Numbered from the whole stretch's first letter, positions 22,897-34,847 are shown. The stretch: DNA of 63,716 nt, filler included, from Thraustochytrium aureum (GCA_012862495.1; 8 parts of 5 records of this genome joined end to end with filler, not necessarily neighbours in it); one strand, 5' to 3'. Numbers and translations are program-made. The notes: a model not told the origin generated them from the sequence alone.

Positions 22897-23143
22897 CGAG
22901 GCAAAGCGCGCCCTGAGCGAGGCTGTTGAAGTGCTGTTGGACACCGTGCGAGCCCGTGCTGCGCTCGAAGCAGGCGAGGATCTGAACGCGGTCGCGCCTG
23001 GCGTGCTTGAGCAAGCGAAACGGGTCATGGACAAGGACTTTGAGCGCAAGGCGCTCAAGCCGGGGGACGAGGGCTTTGTGTACGACAAAAAGGTGGATTT
23101 CGGCGACGCGGCCAGCGAGAGCGACAACTCGTGGGACGAATAG
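22897..23143 (+). CDS. CEP19: CEP19-like centrosomal/ciliary protein, C-terminal part
   Basis: DLNAV...AKRVMDKDFERKALKPGDEGFVYDKKVDF...SWDE matches the CEP19 C-terminal pattern DLN-x-K-x2-MD-x2-FE-x-FVYD-x-WD. Confidence 0.8.
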
Positions 23144-23235
23144 GAGAAAGGACAAATAGGAGAAAGGGGGACCTGAGGCGGCCAAGCTCAGCAGCGCGCA
23201 AGGGGCGCGCTGTTTTCCGCGAGAGACTGCTGCCG

Positions 23236-23312
23236 GGCTCGCTGCCGTCCGTTAGCGGCGTTGCTGTGGTGCGAGGCCGGCTCGCTGCCGTCCGTTAGCG
23301 GCGTTGCTGTGG
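23236..23312. repeat. ~43-nt tandem duplication (GGCTCGCTGCCGTCCGTTAGCGGCGTTGCTGTGG)
   Basis: Two copies read directly in the convergent intergenic region. Confidence 0.85.
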
Positions 23313-23558
23313 CGCACCGCGGGCCGGCTCGCGGGAGTGGCCTGGCGCAACAAGCCCAAGATGGGGCAAGGAGACGCCGGCCCCGAAGGACTGCCATTGT
23401 GAGTTCGCTCAGATACAGTGTATTTCAGTTTATTAAGGTCAAGGCGTGCCGTTCACGGCAGCAAACTAGAAGAAATCCGGTGGTCAAGGAGAACGCAGGC
23501 CCCAGCGCGGACCGCGTGGCAACGACAGCGCGCAGGCCCGGCGCCCGCCCAGGTCTAT

Positions 23559-24350
23559 CTAAAGAAGCAGGGTAGGGTGGGATATCGGCAAGCCCTCGCG
23601 CAGCAACTCGCTCGTGCCAAAGTCACTGCCTTCAATCTCGCGCGCCCGGTCAACAAAGTCGTCCGCCCCGAAAGTCGTGCACCACTCGTTCTCTTCGCTG
23701 GTGATGAGTTTCATTTGCAGAAACGTAACCTCGCCGTGGACGTCGTCGAGCACCGTGCTGAAAACGCCGTCCTCGCGATACTCCGCGGGCACGAGCACAA
23801 AGTGCGTGAGGGTGGTTTCGACAGCCGGGTCGAGGTCGAGGGCGCCAGTGTCGCAGGGCCGCAGGGGCGGGAGTGGCCTGCGCATCTTTTGGCGCATGAC
23901 CTCCAACAGCACGTCAACCGGCCATCGCGGGTGCTTGCAACTGGCCCCGAGTTTGGCCTGCTCGCGCGTCTTGCGCAAACGGATGACGAGCTCGGTACCA
24001 AAGCTTCGATGCACGCGCGGGATGCCTTCCATGGCTTGGCACAGGAGAAACATGTTGGAGAGCCCGGCGGTGGCGTAGACAAACTCCGTTTTGCTGTGGA
24101 GGAGGCTGACCCCGATAAAGAGCGTGGTGCCCGCCATCTCGAGCAGCTCCGAGTCGCCGCCGCGACTGGCGGACCGCCGCTTGAGCGACACGTACTGGTC
24201 GAACACGGCAAAGTTATTCTTGTAAAAGGGAAACAGGGGCGTTGCGTGCCGCCAGTCCTCGGCCTCGACTATCCTGCCGATGCCTGTCGTCCCAAGGAGG
24301 CTGTCCGCTGTCACCACGCGGCGAAGTTGCGTTGAGGTGCAGCAGCCCAT
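23559..24350 (-). CDS. SUFU-like domain protein 1 (263 aa) with MGCC acylation motif
   Basis: YATAGLSN...FGTELVIRL...PRWPVDVL...DDVHGEVTFLQMKLITSEE resembles the SUFU N-domain pattern (YxTxGLS, GFELTxR, PxWP, GxVxFLQxxGIT). Confidence 0.75.
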   Translation of the reverse strand: MGCCTSTQLRRVVTADSLLGTTGIGRIVEAEDWRHATPLFPFYKNNFAVFDQYVSLKRRSASRGGDSELLEMAGTTLFIGVSLLHSKTEFVYATAGLSNMFLLCQAMEGIPRVHRSFGTELVIRLRKTREQAKLGASCKHPRWPVDVLLEVMRQKMRRPLPPLRPCDTGALDLDPAVETTLTHFVLVPAEYREDGVFSTVLDDVHGEVTFLQMKLITSEENEWCTTFGADDFVDRAREIEGSDFGTSELLREGLPISHPTLLL

Positions 24351-24522
24351 GCTCCTGGCCGTCGCTTGCACGTTGGACCCTTGCAGCCTGGCCCTTTGCA
24401 GCCTGGCCCTGTCCTCCTCGACCGTCTCTCGCTTGAGCGAGCGTTTGGGCCCCTGGCGGCAGCGATCGGGAGTCGCCAACGCGCTTTTGCTGCCACCGTC
24501 ATGGATGATGATGATGACCGGC

Positions 24523-24582
24523 CGATCGATCGATCGATCGATCGATCGATCAATCGATGTCAATCAATCAATCGACGGATCG
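24523..24582. repeat. (GATC)n / (CAAT)n microsatellite
   Basis: cgatcgatcgatcgatcgatcgatcgatcaatcgat. Confidence 0.9.
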
Positions 24583-25194
24583 AAAGTAGTGGACATCTCG
24601 CCACATTCACCAACTGGCGCTTGGATCAAGAATCGTGGCACGACACGCCGCCTCACGGGGTGAACGACAACGATTACTTTGTCCGAGTTGAGCCCGAACA
24701 GCATGCGCGGCGGCCCTCACACGGCGAGAACTGAATCTCTCGGAGCGAGTAAGGTACTCACTCTACTGAGCAGAGTACTTACTTCCTCATCACTGAGCGA
24801 GTAAGCGAACGGAATGGCAGGAGCAGGTTGACGCGTCGCTTGCCGCTCCGTGTGCGTTTGGAAAGTCGATTGCCGCGGCTGCCTCGCCTGCGAACCAAGG
24901 AGGATTGTGCGAACCAACACGACGGCTCTCGGAGCTGGCAGGCCTCCTCGGTGCTGACGTCTTGCAAGGTGGCCCGATGAGGTAGGCGGCTCGCAGCGGT
25001 CGGCAGAGCTGACAGCCGTTTCGTCCGTCTGTTGGCAAATCAGCCTTGCCAACGCGCAAGTGTGCGCCAGCAGGGCATCAGCCTGCGGAATGCCCGATTT
25101 GCCCAGCCTCCGATGACGTCGCGGTCTTGATGGTGCTGCCAAGTGCTGCCCGACCTAGGTTGGGCAGCGTTGTTTCTTTCACCTTCTTCTTTCA

Positions 25195-25256
25195 TTTGCT
25201 TTTGAGGTCGCGCCTCCCGTCGCGTCGAGCAACAACCCACCCAAATGGAGTATCAA
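25195..25256 (-). other. Bipartite conserved non-coding element, copy 2
   Basis: Minus strand reads TTGATACTCCATTTGGGTGGGTTG-N23-GACCTCAAAAGCAAA. Confidence 0.8.
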
Positions 25257-25392
25257 GCAAGGCTGCACGGCTCGCACCGCAACTGCCACGGGAAGGACGC
25301 AGCGCGGCGAGCGAGTTAATGTTCATTTCATTTGCGAGATTTCATTTGCGAGCGCAACCGGAATGTGCATCGCGCGCCGCGCTTCGCAAAAG

Positions 25393-26643
25393 CTAATGTT
25401 CAGAAATAGTAGTCACCAGTCCGAGCGCGGCCCTGTCACCGAGCCGGCGCTCCTTCACAAGCGCACTGGCCGCAGACCGCGAAGACCTCGCTTCCGCGAG
25501 CTGAGCTGCGTCGACTGCAACGAGGACCAAAAAGGTCAGCTCGCCGTGCAGGTCGTCTATCACGGCGTTCCAGGGCTTGGGGCCGGCGGGCAGGCCAGGC
25601 AGGGGCGCCGCTTCTGCGAACAAGAACCCAGCGATGCCGTCCGGGAGGTGGACGCCAGCGGGAATGTCCACCACGGCGTCGCCCGCGTAGGGTGGCGCGG
25701 GCCGCTCGAACTTGGCCTGGACTAGAGCGCTCAAGAGTTGCGCCCCCCAGGCCGGGTGCCGGGCCCTGAAGCCAAGCCGGCGCTCCGTGGCGGATTTCGC
25801 AAGACGCAGCACGATCTCGTGGCCGAAGAGGCGCTCGTCGCGCGCCATGCCGCCGCTCGCCTGCTTTAGCAGGTAAAAGTTCGCGAGACCGGTCGTCGTG
25901 TAGACAAACTCGTCGGCGTCCTGGACCAGGGTGACGGAAGTGCAAGCCGCGAGCTCGTCGGCCACTTGAATGAACCGCTTGCCCTTCCAGTTGACGTCGT
26001 GCTCGGAGTAGCTCTGGTACTCGCGGACGAGGAACGGGTACAGGGGCGAGTTGAGCTTCCACTCCTGCGCGCTCGCGAGCTTCTCCTGGGCCGAGGTGCT
26101 GCAGTTGCTATCAGCCCGTCCGAGGCGGCGGCTCACGACGCTGAGGGTGCGCGCCTCAAGGGCGAGTCGGCCGAGGCCTTTGCCGACCGAGCCAGCAAAG
26201 CTTCCTGTCCTCGAGAGTTTGCGGAAGGACGACTTTTTCGCAAGGTTGCTTTCGCTGGCAGACTTGGCACGTTGGCCCCTGTACCCGAGGCGCGGGCGCT
26301 GCTCCTCGTCGCTTTCGTAGACCAGCCCGCTTGAAGTGCGCTCGAGGGTCCGTGAAAACACGGACGAGATCCCTGAGGAGACCGTCGAAGCGGACGCGAA
26401 CGAGCCCTTTTTGCGCCGCACGACCGCCTTTGCTTGCTGCTGGCTCGCGTCCTTGGCGCCTGCCCGTTGCTGGCCCGACACAGCGACCAGCTTGCTGGCG
26501 GCCAGAGAACTCGCCTGCCGCGCGAGCTTGCGCAGGGCCCCGGCGCTCCTCGAGCGCAACAGCGTCGCCTTGGCCGACTCGGCAACGCCGCCGTCCTCGC
26601 ACCTGTTCGCTGCCGCCACGGCGGCTCGACCCTCGAACTCCAT
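25393..26643 (-). CDS. SUFU-like domain protein 2 (416 aa) with S/R/K-rich N-terminal extension; paralog of the 23559-24350 gene
   Basis: Shared blocks SPLYPF, EFVYTTTGLAN, FGHEIVLRLAK, HPAW, IDDLHGELTFL. Confidence 0.75.
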   Translation of the reverse strand: MEFEGRAAVAAANRCEDGGVAESAKATLLRSRSAGALRKLARQASSLAASKLVAVSGQQRAGAKDASQQQAKAVVRRKKGSFASASTVSSGISSVFSRTLERTSSGLVYESDEEQRPRLGYRGQRAKSASESNLAKKSSFRKLSRTGSFAGSVGKGLGRLALEARTLSVVSRRLGRADSNCSTSAQEKLASAQEWKLNSPLYPFLVREYQSYSEHDVNWKGKRFIQVADELAACTSVTLVQDADEFVYTTTGLANFYLLKQASGGMARDERLFGHEIVLRLAKSATERRLGFRARHPAWGAQLLSALVQAKFERPAPPYAGDAVVDIPAGVHLPDGIAGFLFAEAAPLPGLPAGPKPWNAVIDDLHGELTFLVLVAVDAAQLAEARSSRSAASALVKERRLGDRAALGLVTTISEH

Positions 26644-28158
26644 CGCACGTGCAGCGGCGCGAGGCCGCCGACTTTCACCTGCCGGTCCAGCACGGACTCC
26701 TCCTTCGCCACGCGCGGGGCTCGCTCTGCGGCCCGCACACAGCCGCAAACGTGTTCTGCCGTGACGGCGGTCCGCGGTCTGCTGGTCGCGAGGAGGCGAG
26801 GGAGGTAGGGAGGGAGGTAAGTGAACGAGTATCTCCGGGTCCAAATCCTTCGCAGGGTGTGCCGAACGAACGGCCCTGCAGCCGCGACCGCACACGGCAC
26901 AACAGGGCGCACACAAATCGCCCTGGCAGCGACACGCCTGCAGTACTTGCTCGCCGCCGCCCTACTGCCCTCGTCGCGCAGCCAGGGCGCGCTCATGCAT
27001 CGCAACGAGGCGGCATCACGGCTCGACGCGCCAAAACCTCGCGGCCTCTTTTGCCCGGCGTCAACGACCGCAGGCATGGCCGGCCGCTTGTCGACGGCCT
27101 GTCGAACATGCAGGAGGCCCGGGGGTGGGCACGTGCGGGCGTGCTCTCGGGTGGCCCAGCGTGCCAGCGGTCTGGTCTGCTCCATGGTCTTCAATCTAAC
27201 TCGCTTGATGCTCGACTAGTTGAAATCAATCAAGAGGCATCATCAATGACTGATCATGCCTGCCGGGGCGCCGCTGGAGAGCGCGGAGTCCTTCCTCGCT
27301 GCTGCGGACACCAGGGCGCCCGCGCCGCGCGCCACATGCCCTTGCAAGTTGCACCGAGTCGAAGTCGCATGCGATGCGATGGATGAACGAATGAATGATG
27401 GTGGCCCAAGCAGGGGAGGCGGTGGCCCGGCGCGGCGCGGGGCAGGCAGCAAGATCACCCTGGCATGACCGTGGCGGATGAGGGATGAGCTTGATGACGA
27501 GGCCTGGGCATGGCGTGTGGACGCGCCGTGTGCGAGGAGGTTGGTTTTGCGCCCGGCCGGCTGGCTACCGACCACGACGGAGTGTGCACCACCGCACAAT
27601 CGCGCGGAGAACTTGCTCGCGCGGCAGAACCAGACCAGCCGCGACCCGCTGGGCGCAATAGCGGGCCTCCGCTCTGCCCTCGTCAGGGCATGCCCATGCC
27701 CGGGCAAACCACGACACCGACCATCGCTGCCGCGCGGATTCTTGCGTCTCGCCGAGCACGCACGCACAAAGCGTCTGTTCTTGTTCAGGCTGCGTCCAGA
27801 CTCGTGTCGCAGCAACGCCCGCCGGCGCGCTCGAGCCCGGTGGCTGGCACGGCCAGTGCTGGCAAGCGGAAGGCCTCCAGGCTGACCAGGCGATTGGCGC
27901 TCGGAGCGAGCAAGCGAGCATCTCGATGATGAGATGTTGCCGTCGCCGCTGGCCGGTGGGGCGCCGCCGTTCGCTCGGGGGCGGTGTGCGGCGGTGCATT
28001 CCGCACCGTCTCTGCGCCACTGAACGCAGCGCAAGCGCACACGTCCCGGTTGACTCGGCGCGACGGCGGCAGACTCCCTTGGCCAAGCTGCCGTCCACGG
28101 TTGCGCTTTGAAGGCGAGCTGCGGCGCGCGCGGCGGCTGGCTGTCGCGGCGCGAAAGG

Positions 28159-28914
28159 ATGGCTGCGCGGCTCGGTCGCCTGGCAGGCGCGCTTCGCTCG
28201 AGGTGGCACGGCAAAGGCAAGCAACCCGGGACGCTCGACCAGTGGGACTCGCTCAGTGAACAGACCGAGGCGCTGCGGCGCGCGAGCGAGTGCGAAGCGC
28301 GACTCGAGGCCAGGGCGGCAGAGGCCAAGGCCCGCATGGCCTGGTGCGGGGCGGCGCTCGCGTTGGCAGCTTTGGCTGCGCGCGCGGTCCTCGTCGCGCG
28401 GCTCGGGCTCGTTGCGCTCGACGAGTTCTCGCCCAACGAGCGAGCCGCGCTTGGAGCTGCGAACGCAGGAGTTGCGCTGGCGGGGCTCGTTGGGGGGCGC
28501 GTGGGTGTGGACTTGTTTTGGGTCGTCACGGGGGCCACAGTGGCCAACCTTTACGCCGCCGCGGTCGGCTCGGTTTGCCTCTGCGCGTGCGACCTGATCC
28601 TGGCGACAGCCCTCGTCGCCGCTCTCGTCGCCCTGCAGCTACACTGGGACGCAGGCCAAGGGCGAGCAGACACTGACCGGTCCGCGCCGCTCGCGCGAGC
28701 GGCAGGGGCCCAGATGCCTGACGCGTTGCGGGCAGCACCTGCTGAATTGGAATGCGCTCCGGCCCGGCCCACGCTCCGCTCAGCGTCGAGCTCTGACACC
28801 ACCGAATTGACAGCATCTGGATCTGGATCTGGATCTGGGACCACGATCAGGTCGTCGGGCGAGTGCAACCAACCGCTCCAAGCCGACGCCAAGCAACGAG
28901 GCAAGAGCGCCAGA
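28159..28914 (+). CDS. Hypothetical multi-pass membrane protein, runs into N gap
   Basis: Coiled-coil-like N-terminus, 3-4 Ala/Leu/Val-rich segments, then an SG-repeat tail. Confidence 0.55.
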
Positions 28915-29559
28915 NNNNNNNNNNNNNNNNNNNNNNNNNNNNNNNNNNNNNNNNNNNNNNNNNNNNNNNNNNNNNNNNNNNNNNNNNNNNNNNNNNNNNN
29001 NNNNNNNNNNNNNNNNNNNNNNNNNNNNNNNNNNNNNNNNNNNNNNNNNNNNNNNNNNNNNNNNNNNNNNNNNNNNNNNNNNNNNNNNNGCCCCTCGGGT
29101 ACGAGTCCCCTGCCTTTCACTGCGATCCGGGCGCGTCAAGTAGCCTGCTCGAGACGGACGCTACCGCTTGCCAAACAGCCTGCACTCGCGGACCAGCTGA
29201 GCTGTGCCGGGTCTGCCGGCGCCGTGCAGGGCAGGGTCGACCTCCGTGTTTGCGCCACTCGGGCGACTTGACGTGCACGACCGGCACGTCACGCCCTCAC
29301 TCACAATTGCACCAACCGTTTCCGAGCAAGGCCGCGCTCCCGAGCGAGCCTCGAGCGTAAGAGCCACACGCCGCAGACGGCCTGGCCTGGCGCGCGGCTC
29401 TTGCGGCTGGCTCTGGCCCAGGCGCGCGCCCCCGGCTTGGCGCTGGCCGGCTGGCTCGTTGGCTGCTGGCCTCGAGAGGACAAGCTGCAGCTGCGGGCAT
29501 CGACCGCCTTTGGCTTGCACCGCGCGCGGAGGGCGCCAGACCGCGTTCGCGCAAGACGG

Positions 29560-30600
29560 ATGGGTGGGGTTCTCTCGCAGCTGTGCTACCTGCTCGTCCA
29601 GCACCGCTGCCGACCGTCGTCGGTAGCCTCGTCGCTGACGTTCGTGCCACCAGACCCGCCGTACTATGAGCTGAGGGAGGCCGAGGGCGGCTCCGGACAG
29701 CTCGAGTGGGCCCTCGACCCGCTCGTGCTCGGCAGCGCCTTCCCAGACGTCCAGATTAGCATCATGAAGACGAGCTTGGGCAGCTTTATCCCAGGGTTCC
29801 TCTTCCGCCACCCGCAGGCGCGTCTGACGCTACTCTTCAGCCACGGGAACGCCGCCGACTGCGGCGCCATGCGCGAGCGGTACATCCAGCTCGTGCGGCG
29901 CATCCGGGTCAACGTCTTCGCGTACGACTACACTGGCTACGGCACAGCGTCTGGCACGCCTTCTGAAGCCCACACGTACGCAGACATCTGCGCGGCCTAC
30001 GACTTTCTCGTGTCGCGCAAGATCTGCCCCAACCCGCAGCGCCAGGTCGTGCTCTACGGCCAGTCGGTGGGCAGTGGGCCGAGCTGCAAGCTGGCCTCGT
30101 CAAAGTCTCGACCGGTCCGGGGCATGATTTTGCACAGCCCCATTCTGTCGGGCATCCGCGTCCTCGTGGAGAACCGCGGCCCGCTGGCCTGCTGCGACAT
30201 CTACCCCAACATCTCAAGAATCCCCAAGGTGTCCGCGCCGGTGCTCATCATCCACGGCGACAAGGACGAGGAGGTGGCTTTCCACCATGGCCAGCGGCTC
30301 CAAGAAAAGGTTCCTGCGCAGCACAGGAGAGACCCGTGCTGGGTCCGGGGCGGCGGCCACAACGACATCGTGGAAGAATACCCAAATCAGTACTATCCGG
30401 CAGTTGCGCGCTTCATCCGCTCGCTTGAGGCTGACGAGCAAGGCGAGGACACGATCACCGAGTTCCACCCAACCGACAGGCAATCGGACCGCCAAGGCGC
30501 GGCCGCCGACGCCGAGTCAGCTGCAGTGACTCGGTCCGCCGAGGACGTCGTGTTTCTCCACCAGGAGCACCAACAGGGGCATCAGGTCGCGCTTACCTGA
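29560..30600 (+). CDS. ABHD17: ABHD17-like alpha/beta hydrolase (depalmitoylase)
   Basis: FVPPDPPYY, LFSHGNAADCG, YDYTGYG, GQSVGSGP (nucleophile), LHSPILSG, IIHGDKDEEV, GGHND. Confidence 0.92.
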   Translation: MGGVLSQLCYLLVQHRCRPSSVASSLTFVPPDPPYYELREAEGGSGQLEWALDPLVLGSAFPDVQISIMKTSLGSFIPGFLFRHPQARLTLLFSHGNAADCGAMRERYIQLVRRIRVNVFAYDYTGYGTASGTPSEAHTYADICAAYDFLVSRKICPNPQRQVVLYGQSVGSGPSCKLASSKSRPVRGMILHSPILSGIRVLVENRGPLACCDIYPNISRIPKVSAPVLIIHGDKDEEVAFHHGQRLQEKVPAQHRRDPCWVRGGGHNDIVEEYPNQYYPAVARFIRSLEADEQGEDTITEFHPTDRQSDRQGAAADAESAAVTRSAEDVVFLHQEHQQGHQVALT

Positions 30601-31083
30601 GTCGCCGTGGCGCGGCGACGAGCGCAAGATGCAAAAACCGCAACTAGGCCAATCAATAGTAGAGTACTGTCCGGTTAGCTATTCGCTGTACGAAACGGTG
30701 CACGGCCCGCGCCTCGTCAGTCTTCCCTTGCAAAGAGCTCGTNNNNNNNNNNNNNNNNNNNNNNNNNNNNNNNNNNNNNNNNNNNNNNNNNNNNNNNNNN
30801 NNNNNNNNNNNNNNNNNNNNNNNNNNNNNNNNNNNNNNNNNNNNNNNNNNNNNNNNNNNNNNNNNNNNNNNNNNNNNNNNNNNNNNNNNNNNNNNNNNNN
30901 NNNNNNNNNNNNNNNNNNNNNNNNNNNNNNNNNNNNNNNNNNNNNNNNNNNNNNNNNNNNNNNNNNNNNNNNNNNNNNNNNNNNNNNNNNNNNNNNNNNN
31001 NNNNNNNNNNNNNNNNNNNNNNNNNNNNNNNNNNNNNNNNNNNNNNNNNNNNNNNNNNNNNNNNNNNNNNNNNNNNNNNNNNN

Positions 31084-32872
31084 GCGCGAGCTTGTCCAGC
31101 AACGCCTGTGCGAGTCCCCGGCCTCGACCACGTCCGCGCGGCCCTGCCGCGCGACCCCTGCTCCGCAAGGCGCTGCAGCCGGGCCTCCAGAGAGACCGAG
31201 ACAAGCTCTGGCGCCGCGGGCGGCGACGTTTCGACGGCCGCGGCCTGGCCGCCCCCTCGCCCGAGCCATCGTCGGCTGCGTCCCCAACCGAGCCCGCGCT
31301 TCCCCCAGTCGACTGTGCGACTACGTCCGCCGCGACGCGCAGAATCGACGACCGCGCGCTCCCAAGGACAGCAGGCGAAAACCTTGCCAAGGACTCGAGG
31401 GCCTCCTTGTGGAGCAAAGGCTGATCGGACTGCAAGAGGAACGCCACGCGCTGCAAGACCTGCTCGGTCAGCAATGCGCGGCGCAGGTCCGCGACGACAC
31501 CGGCCTCTGACTCTCCGAGACTCGAGGCAGCAATGACCAAGTGAGCGATTGCGCGCGCCAGCTCGGCGTGCGCAAAGGGCGGCAGACGCTGCTGGTCCGC
31601 GGCCACGAGAGCGCAGACCTCCTCCTTGCTGAGAAACATTCCGTACACAACAGGGTCGCGCGACTGGGCGAAGATCCGAATCGTTGCCCCGGCCAGCCCG
31701 GCCGAGTTGGGGTCGCGCGAGGTGCAAGCGATCTTGCGCAATAGGGCCCCGAGCTGGAACGGCTCTAGCCGCTCCAGCACAGCGGCCTGGTGGTCGGCCT
31801 CCAAGGCGAGGTTGCGCACGATGTTGAGGGCGTACCGCGTAGCCTCTATGTCAAAGTCGAAAGAGCTGCTCATCACGGCGGCGCAGACGGCAACCACATT
31901 GCGCGGTGCGCCCTTTGCCACGTCAAGGAGCACGGCGCAGTTGGCGCGGCTCGCCCCGACTGCGTTCAGGACGCTCAGCAAGTTGAGCCGCAGCTGCGCG
32001 AGCGGCAGGATTTCCTCGCGCCGCTGCTTGTCAGCCTCTGGCGTCAGCCTGCCTCGCGAGGCACGCAGCTCGTTGGCAAGGGCGTCCACGAGGACAGAAA
32101 CGCAGGAAACCGCGCCGAGCGCGGACTCGCAGAGGCGCTCGACGGCTGGGCGGCCCACTGGCCCGTCCACCGCAGCGTCAAGCCCGCCAGCGACCTGCAG
32201 GAGGGTCTGGGCAGCGCCGATGAGGAGCTCGTCGACCTGCGCCGCGCTGGCGTGCTGTCCGGCGGCCGGCGCTTCCATCTCTGCGACGTAGTCGTCCACC
32301 CAGGCGAGGAGCGCCGAGAGGACGCCGCGCCGCGCTGCGAGCGTGGCGCGCTCCACAAAGTCGGCGTCCTTGTACGTGACACCTTGCTCTGTGATTGGGA
32401 TCTTGGTGATCTCCGCGACAACCTGCAGGCCCGCCGCGCGGACGTGTTTTTCGCGCAGTGCGCCAGTCGCGGAGCGCGCGAGGCTGCACGCCACCACACG
32501 GTCCACGACGCCTGCACCCACGAGGAAGGCCACGTCGCTCGCCGCGACGGTGCCAACGTGCGAGGCTCCGTGGCAGTTTTCGCAGTACATACGCACAAGC
32601 TCTAGCGCCTGCGCGCAGCCCTCGCCCTCGATCGCTTCGCTCGCCAGCTGCAGCATGCCAGACGAGCTCGCCGTCGCAAGGCCCAGCACGGCGGCCTTGA
32701 GCGTCGCAGAATTGTCGCAAAGGTTGTTCATGTTCCGCAAAGCGCTCTCTCGCACGCTTTTTGCGTTCCCAAGCATGCCGGCACCACGCAGGCCCGGGCA
32801 ATGCCGCCGTCCGCAGCCAGCGCGTCCTCGAGCGCGCCGGAGGCCCGTTCCCCGCCGATCTGATGCACCAGA
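31084..32872 (-). CDS. ARM-repeat protein, RAP1GDS1/SmgGDS-like; both ends uncertain
   Basis: ARM-like helices ALNIVRNLA, AGLAGATIRIF, HAELARAIAHLV, FLLQSDQPLLHKEALESLA recall the SmgGDS C-terminal repeats. Confidence 0.55.
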
Positions 32873-32972
32873 NNNNNNNNNNNNNNNNNNNNNNNNNNNN
32901 NNNNNNNNNNNNNNNNTTAATTAATTAANNNNNNNNNNNNNNNNNNNNNNNNNNNNNNNNNNNNNNNNNNNN
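32873..32972. other. Artificial scaffold spacer
   Basis: TTAATTAATTAA at 32917-32928. Confidence 0.97.
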
Positions 32973-32980
32973 CGTGTCGG

Positions 32981-33990
32981 CTACCAGAGCGCTACTTGCC
33001 CAGGTAGCGAGGAAACAAAGTCGACGAATGCCGCGAGGGCTTCGTCCGATCCGGGCTTGTGCGCGTAGCCGCCCAAGTGCCGCGGCCAAGCATCGCGCGT
33101 GAGCGAGACCTCAAGCTCGGCCCGCGGGCGGCCTACACAACCCCACAAGAACCGCGCGAGCGTTGCCTCCACGTAGTGGAACGAGACGACCGCAGCCGAG
33201 CAGCACGCCGCCGGCGTCAAGCCTGCGTGGACCTTGTAGTCCACGTACCACTGGTCGACATCGCCCGCGAGGGAGCGCACCGGGTCGTAGGCGAGGAACA
33301 GCTCGGACCTGTCGCCCGCCAGCGCTGGCACAAGCTTCACGCCCTTGACATGCTTTAGCGCGCAATGCGCAAGCGCGACGTCCTCGCTGCGAGACAAAAA
33401 TTCGCTCTTGGCAACGACGGCCCTGCACTTGTTGGGCCACACGTCGAATATGGCGCGCCCAACCGCAGCGCTCATCACAAATCCTGCCCCGCCCGACAGG
33501 AACGGGTCGCTGCTCCCCGAGCGACCCATATCGAGCAGATTGCCCAGCAGCTCGAGCGGCGCGGCGGACTCATTCTTGGCCCAGTGCTGCGCCAGAAGGG
33601 CGTCCAAGTTGGCCGGCAGCCAGAACGTGATGTCGTCGCCCTTGGCCACAAAGGCGAGGCGCGACCCGTACTCGGCCAAGGCCATCTCCACGCCTTGCAA
33701 CAGCATCTCCGTCTTGCCTGCCTTCGGCGGCACAAAGTAGACCACCTCGCGGTCTAGCCTCTCGTCTGCGACAAACCGCACGTTGACATCAAAGTGGGCC
33801 TGGTGCCGCGTGGCCGCCGCGTCGCCCCACGTTTCGAGTATGGCCTTGACGCGCGACGGGTACTTGTGCACGTCCACCGTGGTCCGCATCACGAGGATCA
33901 CGACCACGGGCCTGCCATCACGCGGCGGGCTCTCGCCCTTGATGCTGAGCCGCAGCGTCTTGCCGCCGCCCGCAGGTTGGAGGCCGCTGC
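32981..33990 (-). CDS. GT31 core-1 beta-1,3-galactosyltransferase (C1GALT1/Fringe-like); 5' part in gap
   Basis: AILETWG, FVAKGDDITF, ANL, FLSGGAGFVMS, SEDVALAHC, CCSAAVVSFHYV. Confidence 0.85.
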
Positions 33991-34847
33991 NNNNNNNNNN
34001 NNNNNNNNNNNNNNNNNNNNNNNNNNNNNNNNNNNNNNNNNNNNNNNNNNNNNNNNNNNNNNNNNNNNNNNNNNNNNNNNNNNNNNNNNNNNNNNNNNNN
34101 NNNNNNNNNNNNNNNNNNNNNNNNNNNNNNNNNNNNNNNNNNNNNNNNNNNNNNNNNNNNNNNNNNNNNNNNNNNNNNNNNNNNNNNNNNNNNNNNNNNN
34201 NNNNNNNNNNNNNNNNNNNNNNNNNNNNNNNNNNNNNNNNNNNNNNNNNNNNNNNNNNNNNNNNNNNNNNNNNNNNNNNNNNNNNNNNNNNNNNNNNNNN
34301 NNNNNNNNNNNNNNNNNNNNNNNNNNNNNNNNNNNNNNNNNNNNNNNNNNNNNNNNNNNNNNNNNNNNNNNNNNNNNNNNNNNNNNNNNNNNNNNNNNNN
34401 NNNNNNNNNNNNNNNNNNNNNNNNNNNNNNNNNNNNNNNNNNNNNNNNNNNNNNNNNNNNNNNNNNNNNNNNNNNNNNNNNNNNNNNNNNNNNNNNNNNN
34501 NNNNNNNNNNNNNNNNNNNNNNNNNNNNNNNNNNNNNNNNNNNNNNNNNNNNNNNNNNNNNNNNNNNNNNNNNNNNNNNNNNNNNNNNNNNNNNNNNNNN
34601 NNNNNNNNNNNNNNNNNNNNNNNNNNNNNNNNNNGCAGCCGCCGCCGCCGCCACCTTGCGCTGGTGAACGGGACGGCGAGGTGGTCTGCCCTCGCTAGCA
34701 GTCCCCTTTGGCACACAGCTCGCGAGATACCTCAAGCCCTCTGCCGAGCAGCGGGCGAGTGGATTGCAGGCTTGCGCGCTTGGCTGCGCGAGGCGGCTGT
34801 GCGCGCGCCGCGCTGCGGTCGGGCGGCGGTGCAACGGGGCCGGCTCG

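Noticed and set aside
25040..25240. Third MGCC-starting ORF between the SUFU genes
   Set aside because: It starts at GTG rather than ATG, has no homology to the paralogs and overlaps the non-coding element.
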